From assembly GCA_031425115.1 (NCBI GenBank), contig JANPIT010000213.1:1-43153 (forward strand): 43,153 bases of DNA. The letters are read 5' to 3'. This stretch comes from Opitutaceae bacterium (GTDB lineage Bacteria; Verrucomicrobiota; Verrucomicrobiia; Opitutales; Opitutaceae). The position numbers and the translations under genes are program-made. The notes under the pieces are model-generated. The model was not told the DNA's origin and searched no databases. It was given only the letters and a program-made list of their open reading frames with translations. This document shows, piece by piece, positions 36,358 through 43,153 of the stretch; positions within the stretch are counted from its first letter, which is position 1; each line of letters opens with the position of its first letter.

Positions 36358-37644
36358 TTACATTAATCGTGCCAACTCTGCGCGAACGATGAGAAGAGTG
36401 CGTTCGACCGCTCCGCCATTTTCCCGCCGCCACTTCGCTGCGGCCGCAGCGACGGCCAAACGCTGGCCCTCATCGCGCAACAGCTCTTCAACCGCCTGCG
36501 CCAGCGCCGCGGGATCGTCCACTCGCCGCGCCGCGCCCCGTGCGACAAGATCAGCCGCGATCACCCGGAAATTACTCATGCCTGGACCGAATAGAATCGG
36601 CTTCTCCAGCGCCGCAGCCTCCACCGGCGTTTGCCCTTCGGTGTGCGGCGCCAGGCTCTTGCCCACGAACACCAGGTCGCCGAGCTGGGCAAGTTTACGC
36701 AACTCGCCCGTGGTATCGCCAACTGCCACGTCTACCTCCCGCCCGGCCGCACCCTGCGAACGCAGATGAAACCGCAGATTCGCCGCCTGGAGCAATTGCT
36801 GGACCTCGAGCCGTCGCTCCGCGTGACGCGGCACGAGCAGCAAGGAAACCGCGCGCCCCCCGGACCTCGCCCGCTCCAGCGCGGCGATCAACGCGGCCTC
36901 CTCGCCCGGCCAGGTCGACGCGCCGACGACGACCGCGCCCGTCGGTGGCAACCCCAGCTCGCGGCGCAGCTGGGTGCGCTCCGCGGCGTCCAACCGCGGG
37001 ATCTGCACGTCGAGCTTGATGTTGCCGGTCGTCTGTATCCGGTCTTCGGGCACGCCGAGGGCGACGAAGCGCGCCGCATCTTCCGCCGAGGCGGCCAGCA
37101 AACGCGTGACGCCGCCCACCATGAGGCGCGCCGCCGGCCGAAACCATTTTAACCGCGCAAAGCTCCGGTCGGAGAGCCGGGCGTTGATGCAGAGCACGGG
37201 CACGCCGCGGTTCGCCGCCTGCTGCAAATGCTCCGGCCAGCGTTCGCCCTCGGTTAGAATCACCAGATCCGGTGCAATCCTCCGCCAGGCCATCGCCGCG
37301 AAGGGCCACCAGTCGATGGGAAAGTAACCCACCCCCATCGTTAACCCGCGGTAGCGATCGTTCGCCACGCGGTAACCCGTGCTGGTCGTCGTCGTAAGAT
37401 AAACCTCCGCACCATCCCGCTGCAGCGCCTCGAGGAGGGGCCCGATGGCGAGCATTTCGCCGACGCTCACCGCCTGCAACCAGACGCGCGGGCGGCCTTT
37501 CTTTTTTTCTGGCAGTTGCGGATGCCGGCCGAAGCGATGAGCGAAATCCGCCCGGTAACCGCCGCGCCGACGCATCCGCCGCAGGTAGCCGGGCCCCAGG
37601 ACCACGAGCGCGGGAATGAAGAGGAGACGGTATAGCCAGAGCAT
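36358..37644 (-). CDS. waaA: 3-deoxy-D-manno-octulosonic acid (Kdo) transferase
   Basis: N-terminal anchor, then WLQAVSVGE, TTTTSTG, YFPID, NARLSDRS, TGNIKLD, ASTWPGEE, LVPRHAER and DTTGEL. Confidence 0.95.
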   Translation of the reverse strand: MLWLYRLLFIPALVVLGPGYLRRMRRRGGYRADFAHRFGRHPQLPEKKKGRPRVWLQAVSVGEMLAIGPLLEALQRDGAEVYLTTTTSTGYRVANDRYRGLTMGVGYFPIDWWPFAAMAWRRIAPDLVILTEGERWPEHLQQAANRGVPVLCINARLSDRSFARLKWFRPAARLMVGGVTRLLAASAEDAARFVALGVPEDRIQTTGNIKLDVQIPRLDAAERTQLRRELGLPPTGAVVVGASTWPGEEAALIAALERARSGGRAVSLLLVPRHAERRLEVQQLLQAANLRFHLRSQGAAGREVDVAVGDTTGELRKLAQLGDLVFVGKSLAPHTEGQTPVEAAALEKPILFGPGMSNFRVIAADLVARGAARRVDDPAALAQAVEELLRDEGQRLAVAAAAAKWRRENGGAVERTLLIVRAELARLM

Positions 37645-37742
37645 CACGAAGCGGACTTAGCATGCCGCCAACATCCCGCGTGCGGGGCAAAGAAAATCAC
37701 GCTCGGGGTTTCCCTTTGCGACTTTCGGGCTTTTTTGCGGCC

Positions 37743-40619
37743 ATGGCCCTAATGCGCTCTCTCGTCCCCCTGATTTGTGTGGCGTTGTTTTCACTGGTGT
37801 CGATCGGCCGCGCCGCGATTCCGTTCCCGCACGAAACGAGCGATCTAAAAATGGATCCAACGGCGAAGTTCGGCACGTTGCCCAACGGCATGCGCTTCGT
37901 CGTCCGCGCCAACAAAGAACCCAAGGAGCGCGTGTCCCTTCGCCTGCTCGTCGAAGCCGGCGCGGTCCATGAGAAAGATGACCAACAGGGCCTCGCCCAC
38001 TTCCTCGAACACATGGCGTTCAACGGCAGCGAGCACTACGCGCCCGACTCGTTGATCAAATTTTTCCAGCGCATGGGCATGAACTTCGGCGGCGATAGCA
38101 ACGCGAGCACCTGGTATACGCGCACGCTCTATCTGCTCGAATTGCCCGACACCAAAGACGCCACGCTGGCGGAAGGTCTGAAAGTTTTCGGTGATTACGC
38201 GGGCGGCCTGCACCTCGCTACGAAGGAAATCGACAAGGAGCGCGGTATCATTCTCAGCGAGAAACGCACCCGCGACTCCGTCGGCTATCGCACCTGGCGC
38301 GCCACCGAAGCCTTCATTCTCAAGGACACGATTTTTCACCGTCGCGATGTCATCGGGACGGACGACGTCCTCAAACAAGCCGGCCGCGATCGATTCGTGG
38401 AATTCTACGACGCCTGGTATCGGCCCGAACTGATGTCGGTGGTGATCGTGGGCGACATCGATGTCGACGCGGTCGTCCGGCAACTCATCGCGGTGTTCAC
38501 GCCCCTCAAAGCCCGCGCGCCCGCCCAGCCCCAGCCCGACTTCGGCAAACTGCGGACCTTTGCGGGCACGGAAGTGTTTTACCACCACGAAGCGGAAGCC
38601 CCCAGCACCACGGTCACGATCTCCACAGTCACTCCGTATTCAAAGGAGAAGGACACCGCGGCGAATCGCGTGAAACAGCTCCCCCGCTCTCTCGCCCACG
38701 CGATCATCAACCGCCGGCTCTCGATCCTCGCGAAAATGGAAAATGCTCCGTTCACCAACGGCAGCTCGGGGGTCGGCGAATCCTATAGCTTTTACCGGCA
38801 GAGCAGCATTGCGCTGAACTGCCGCGCCGACCAGTGGCAGGCGGCGCTCGGCGTGGGGGACCAGGAACTGCGCCGCGCCTTGGAACACGGCTTCCAAAAG
38901 CCGGAGCTCGCCGAGATTGTGGCCAACTTTCGCAACAGCCTCGAGCAAGCGGTGAAGACCGCGCCGACGCGTCGTTCCGATGGAATCGCGGACGAGATTG
39001 CAGATACCCTCCTCGAGCGCGACGTGTGGACCACGGCCGAGGACGATCTCGCACTCTACGGCCCGGCGCTGGAAAAAATTACCGTCGACGATTGCGTGCA
39101 GGCGCTGCGCACCACGTGGAGCCCCGCCCACCGCATCGTTTTAGTCACCGGCAACGCCAAGATTGCCGCGGGCGATCGCGCCACCGCGGAAATCACGGCA
39201 GCTTTCGAAAAATCGCGGGCGATCGCCGTCGCGGCGCCCGAGGCGATGGCCGAAGCCAAATGGGGCTACACCGATTTCGGCCCCGCCGGCAAGGTCGCCC
39301 AACGCGAGCACGTCGCCGACCTCGATATCACCCTCATCACGTTTGAAAACGGCGTGCGGCTCAACCTGAAGAAAACTGATTTCGAGGCGAATCGCATCCG
39401 GATCAGCGGCCGCATCGGCAACGGCCGGTTGACCGAGCCCAAGGACAAGCCGGGCCTCGCGTTCTACGCGGGCCAGACCTACAACGACGGCGGCCTGGGC
39501 CGGCATACCTCGGACGATTTACGGCGTATCCTCGCCGGCAGGACGGTGGGTGCCGGCGTCGCGATCGGCACCGATGCGTTCTTCGTCAACGGCGCGACCA
39601 ATCGCGAGGACCTCACCCTGCAGTTGCAGCTCGTTACCGCGCGGCTCGTCGATCCGGGTTTCCGGCCCGAGGCAGCCCGGCAGGTGCGCAAAGCCATCGA
39701 CCAGATTTACACGAGCTACGAGCACACCACCGCCGGCCCGTTCACCCTCGAGGTGGCGCGAATGCTGGCGAGCGGCGACCATCGTTTCGGGCTCCCGCCG
39801 AAAGAAGAGCTGCTGAAGCGCACGCTCGACGAGGCAAAGGCGTGGATGACCCCCGAGCTCAAAAACGGCGCGATGGAATTTGCGATCGTCGGTGACTTTG
39901 AGCTGGAGGCCACGATCGACGCCTTCGCGATGACCCTCGGCACGCTTTCGAAGCGGCAGCCCCGGCCCGCGCTCGAGGAACTGCGTCGCGTGGTTTTTCC
40001 CGAGACGCCGTTTGCCAAGGAATATACCATCAGCACCGAGATCGCGAAGGGCGATGTCGCGCTTTACTGGCCGACGACCGACGGACGCGAAATCAAGCGG
40101 GCGCGCCGCCTCAACCTGCTGAGTGAAGTGTTCAACGACCGGCTCCGGATCAAGGTGCGCGAGGAGTTGGGCGACGCCTACAGCCCCAGTGTGGGCAGTG
40201 CCGCCGGCGACATCTTTGCGGATTATGGTTACATCCAAGCGAGCGTGACGATCGATCCGCCGCGCGCGAAACAGGTCGCGGATATCATCGTGGAAATCGC
40301 CGCCGATCTCGCAGAAAAGGGCGTGACCGACGAAGAACTCGAGCGCTCGAAAAAGCCTGTGCTCACGAGCCTCCGGGAGTCATCACGCACCAACCAATAC
40401 TGGATCGGCAACGTGCTCAGCCGCGCGCAGGAAAAACCAGAAGTGCTCGATTGGAGCCGCTCGCGTTACGCCGACAACGAGGGGATCACTGCGGCTGAGC
40501 TGAGCGCGTTGGCGAAGGCATATCTGCCCGCCGCGCGCAGCAGCCGCGTCATCGTGATTCCGACGCCTGGGTCGAAGTCTGCCACGGCAGCGCCCGACGC
40601 GACGCCAGCGAAGAAATAG
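37743..40619 (+). CDS. Exported M16-family zinc protease (PqqL/insulinase-like)
   Basis: Signal peptide, GTLPNG, inverted zincin GLAHFLEHMAFNG, NAST, EIDKERGIILSE, a second FENGVR repeat and VREELGDAYS. Start is 37743 or 37752. Confidence 0.95.
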   Translation: MALMRSLVPLICVALFSLVSIGRAAIPFPHETSDLKMDPTAKFGTLPNGMRFVVRANKEPKERVSLRLLVEAGAVHEKDDQQGLAHFLEHMAFNGSEHYAPDSLIKFFQRMGMNFGGDSNASTWYTRTLYLLELPDTKDATLAEGLKVFGDYAGGLHLATKEIDKERGIILSEKRTRDSVGYRTWRATEAFILKDTIFHRRDVIGTDDVLKQAGRDRFVEFYDAWYRPELMSVVIVGDIDVDAVVRQLIAVFTPLKARAPAQPQPDFGKLRTFAGTEVFYHHEAEAPSTTVTISTVTPYSKEKDTAANRVKQLPRSLAHAIINRRLSILAKMENAPFTNGSSGVGESYSFYRQSSIALNCRADQWQAALGVGDQELRRALEHGFQKPELAEIVANFRNSLEQAVKTAPTRRSDGIADEIADTLLERDVWTTAEDDLALYGPALEKITVDDCVQALRTTWSPAHRIVLVTGNAKIAAGDRATAEITAAFEKSRAIAVAAPEAMAEAKWGYTDFGPAGKVAQREHVADLDITLITFENGVRLNLKKTDFEANRIRISGRIGNGRLTEPKDKPGLAFYAGQTYNDGGLGRHTSDDLRRILAGRTVGAGVAIGTDAFFVNGATNREDLTLQLQLVTARLVDPGFRPEAARQVRKAIDQIYTSYEHTTAGPFTLEVARMLASGDHRFGLPPKEELLKRTLDEAKAWMTPELKNGAMEFAIVGDFELEATIDAFAMTLGTLSKRQPRPALEELRRVVFPETPFAKEYTISTEIAKGDVALYWPTTDGREIKRARRLNLLSEVFNDRLRIKVREELGDAYSPSVGSAAGDIFADYGYIQASVTIDPPRAKQVADIIVEIAADLAEKGVTDEELERSKKPVLTSLRESSRTNQYWIGNVLSRAQEKPEVLDWSRSRYADNEGITAAELSALAKAYLPAARSSRVIVIPTPGSKSATAAPDATPAKK

Positions 40620-40675
40620 CGGGCCGGGCCCGCTCTCGCCCGTCCGAGCGATGAACGCTCACTGCCGCGGTGCTC

Positions 40676-41707
40676 TCACCGCGAAGCGGTCGCGTGATCC
40701 GACGCCGCTTCGTCCGCCCGCGCGGGATCGGACTCGGTTGGCGAAGTCTTCCCGCCAAACAAATTCAGCACCGGAAGTAAACAAAGCAGCCCCACGACCG
40801 TAAGGCCCAACACGGCGTAGCCCGCAATATCGTGGACGGTGCCCTCGATCGCGGCGGGCCCGTGGCGGTAGGCCCAGGCAGTGAGAAAAAGGCTGCGGCC
40901 AAGATTGGTCAGGAAGGCGAGCCCGAGCGCGCAGACAATCAAAGTGATTTTCTTCCACGCCTGGTCCACGAACACCGCGGCGAGGAATGAGCCGGCGAAC
41001 AGGCACCCCGTGAGTGACCGGATGCCGGAGCACGCATCTTCCACGCCGACGTTCCCCGTCGGCAGCGCGAGCACGTTCCCCTGCTGCTCGATCGGCAGGC
41101 CGAGCACGTCAAAAACGAAGGCGACCACGGTTACGACTTTGCGCAGCAGCGCGAGGTTGAGCTGCGTTTCCACCGCCGAAACCATTGGCGCCGACACGAG
41201 CCAGATCGCCACCGGGAAAAAAAACAGCGAGAGCAGCCGCACCCGGGCGTCGCGGAAGAGACTGCCGACACCGGGCGACGGCGTATCGGGAGCGTTGATA
41301 TACAGCAGGGGCAGCAGAATGCCGACCGCTCCCAGCGCGATGGCGAGCGTGCCCGGCTGCGAGGTGCCTGCCCCTGCCCGATAAAATGATCCGAGCAAAA
41401 ACATAAGGACGCCGCAGGTGAGCGACGCGCCCACCGTCAATCGGAGCACCCATTTTCCTAAGCCCGTGGCTCGCGGACTCCCGGAAGCGGCACAGGCATT
41501 GAGGGCCGCGATGATATTCGGCCAGCGGTCATTAACGACAAATGCGACGAAGAATGGGACCAGCCAACCGAAGGAATAATCCTCCTTCACCCGCCACCAG
41601 TGCGACTGATCCCACGCGACGAAGGCGAGAAAGCCCCCGGCTAGCCCGAGCGCAGCGAGAAACGAACTGGGAACAGTGGCGCGAAGTTTATTCCAAAAGG
41701 GAGGCAC
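40676..41707 (-). CDS. Exosortase/archaeosortase family protein
   Basis: Multi-pass membrane protein with DYSFGWLVP, VEDACSGIRSL (Cys), TNLGRS (Arg) and TVHD (His). Probable GTG start at 41707. Confidence 0.9.
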   Translation of the reverse strand: MPPFWNKLRATVPSSFLAALGLAGGFLAFVAWDQSHWWRVKEDYSFGWLVPFFVAFVVNDRWPNIIAALNACAASGSPRATGLGKWVLRLTVGASLTCGVLMFLLGSFYRAGAGTSQPGTLAIALGAVGILLPLLYINAPDTPSPGVGSLFRDARVRLLSLFFFPVAIWLVSAPMVSAVETQLNLALLRKVVTVVAFVFDVLGLPIEQQGNVLALPTGNVGVEDACSGIRSLTGCLFAGSFLAAVFVDQAWKKITLIVCALGLAFLTNLGRSLFLTAWAYRHGPAAIEGTVHDIAGYAVLGLTVVGLLCLLPVLNLFGGKTSPTESDPARADEAASDHATASR

Positions 41708-41753
41708 GAAGAGCCCGCATGCGAAAGCAGGCGCGCGACTGTAGCGAGCCGAT

Positions 41754-42131
41754 TTACCTCTCCGCGTTGGCCCCGGCGCTCTCCGAGAGCTTGTCGTGCA
41801 CGAGTTGCCGCAACGCTGGCTCCAACGTGCCGCTCTGAGCATCGAACAACCGCGTAATCCCCGCCCACGGCACGTTGCCCGCCGGTTGCAGGACCGGCGT
41901 GCGATTCACGAATGGGCTTTCATCGCCGGTATCGACCGCACTGTGCGCGAAACCACCCGCATTGCGCCAAGTGAGAGCGTGCAAGCCGTCACCCAGATCA
42001 AAGCAAAGTTGAAAGCCGATCACGGTCTCCGCCTGGTCGAGCCAAACCACCAGTTCGAGCCCTTCCGACTCAAACCAACGCCGCCGCCCGCCACCTTTCT
42101 CCTGTCTCACATTTTTGATTTCGTGCAGCAC
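41754..42131 (-). CDS. Hypothetical protein (~125 aa)
   Basis: LHEIKNVRQEKGGGRRRWFESEGLELVVW...GFQLCFD...HALTW...VDTG...TPVL looks like a real protein. It sits in the same direction as fabF and the exosortase. Probable GTG start at 42131. Confidence 0.7.
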   Translation of the reverse strand: MLHEIKNVRQEKGGGRRRWFESEGLELVVWLDQAETVIGFQLCFDLGDGLHALTWRNAGGFAHSAVDTGDESPFVNRTPVLQPAGNVPWAGITRLFDAQSGTLEPALRQLVHDKLSESAGANAER

Positions 42132-42238
42132 GATTAACGAGTGTCCGCGCTCGGACTGCCAAGTCAAAGGAGGGAACTACGGGACGCACGGAGGGGAAAT
42201 CCCCTCAGGAATTTTCAGTAGGAAGGCCGGGCGGGCGT

Positions 42239-43153
42239 TCATAGCCGCGCGACGACGATCGAGGCATTCGTGCCGCCGAAGCCAAAGCTGTTGGCGAGCG
42301 CCGCGCGCACGGGACGCTGCACGGCGATGTTAGGCGTCAGGTTCAGCCCCAGCTCGGCGCACGCCGGATCGACATTATCCAGATTGATGGTGGGCGGCAC
42401 CACGCTGTGGTGGATTGCGAGCACCGCGGAGAAAACACCCATCGCACCGGCCGCGCCCAGCAAATGGCCGGTCATGGACTTCACGCCGCTGACGTTGAGC
42501 GTGGCCTTTTGCTCGGCGAACACCGAGGCAATCGCGGCCGCTTCTTCACCATCGCCACCGGGAGTCGAGGTCGCATGCGCGGAGACGTAGTCGATATCGG
42601 TGGGCGCGAGGTGCGAGCGCGCGAGCGCAGCCCGCATGGAGCGCGCGGAACCTTCGGCGCCGGGCGCCAGCGATGAGAGATGAAACGCATCCGAAGAGGC
42701 ACCGTAGCCGCGCAGCTCAGCATAGATGCGGGCGCCGCGCCGCCGCGCGTGCTCCAGTTCTTCCAACACAAACACGACGGAGCCCTCCGAGAGCACGAAG
42801 CCGTCGCGATCCTTGTCGTAAGGCCGCGACGCTTTCTCCGGCGCGTCGTTGCGCGTCGAGAGCGCGCGCATCTGGGCAAAGGCTCCGATGGCCAGCGGCG
42901 TGACCGTCGACTCGGATCCGCCCGCGAGCATCACATCGGCATCATCGCGCAGGATTGCAGCGGCGGCTTCTCCGAGCGCGTGTCCACTCGTGGCGCAAGC
43001 GGACGCCACACTCATGTTGGCCCCGCGAAAATCGAGCAGCAGGCTCACCTGTCCGGCCAGCAGGTTCGGCGCGATCTGAATGATGAAGAACGGCGAGATT
43101 TTGCGAAAACCGCCCGCCTTCCACGTGTCGTGCATGGCTTCCATCTCGGGTAG
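42239..43153 (-). CDS. fabF: Beta-ketoacyl-ACP synthase II (5' end outside the window)
   Basis: Motifs SACATSGHA (Cys), ALSTRND.PEKASRP.D.DRDGFV, SAHATST (His), KSMTGHLLGAAG (His) and NSFGFGGTN. The frame is open to the window edge. Confidence 0.95.
   Translation of the reverse strand, partial: LPEMEAMHDTWKAGGFRKISPFFIIQIAPNLLAGQVSLLLDFRGANMSVASACATSGHALGEAAAAILRDDADVMLAGGSESTVTPLAIGAFAQMRALSTRNDAPEKASRPYDKDRDGFVLSEGSVVFVLEELEHARRRGARIYAELRGYGASSDAFHLSSLAPGAEGSARSMRAALARSHLAPTDIDYVSAHATSTPGGDGEEAAAIASVFAEQKATLNVSGVKSMTGHLLGAAGAMGVFSAVLAIHHSVVPPTINLDNVDPACAELGLNLTPNIAVQRPVRAALANSFGFGGTNASIVVARL

Noticed and set aside
40676-41707. Exosortase acting on the secreted proteins of the island
   Set aside because: No PEP-CTERM-like tail (motif + TM helix + basic cluster) is seen in any protein in the window, and the gene lies in the housekeeping segment.

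Overview
GC-rich bacterial DNA. The gene style points to Opitutae (Verrucomicrobia): a C-terminal 'LVNISTRA...EVYE' domain, an exosortase and starts without Shine-Dalgarno sites. This taxonomy is inferred, not proven. Positions ~1-31.2 kb look like one phosphate-starvation island. It holds a putative porin (partial), a CBS-PAS hybrid histidine kinase, four TonB-dependent receptors, a secreted beta-helix partner protein and ppk1 coupled to a PPP-family phosphatase. It also holds a phosphorus-free lipid remodelling set (PlcP/LpxH-like phosphoesterase, GT4 and MGDG-synthase-like glycosyltransferases, DAG-kinase family), an alpha/beta hydrolase-GH3 amido synthetase pair and two secreted metallophosphatases. 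Most intergenic gaps in this stretch carry GTCAC/GTAAC pentamers at exact 11-bp spacing (Pho-box-like), and I found none after 31 kb. Positions 31.2-43.2 kb are housekeeping: CLC channel, SNF2 helicase, waaA, M16 protease, exosortase and fabF (partial). The best novelty leads are (1) the hydrolase+GH3 pair as a possible new route to P-free aminolipids, (2) an apparently circularly permuted PAS domain inserted in a purple acid phosphatase, (3) a candidate ECF-sigma-driven sRNA, (4) a CBS-sensing kinase and (5) twin perfect 19-bp palindromes. I saw no tRNA, rRNA, CRISPR array or transposase.
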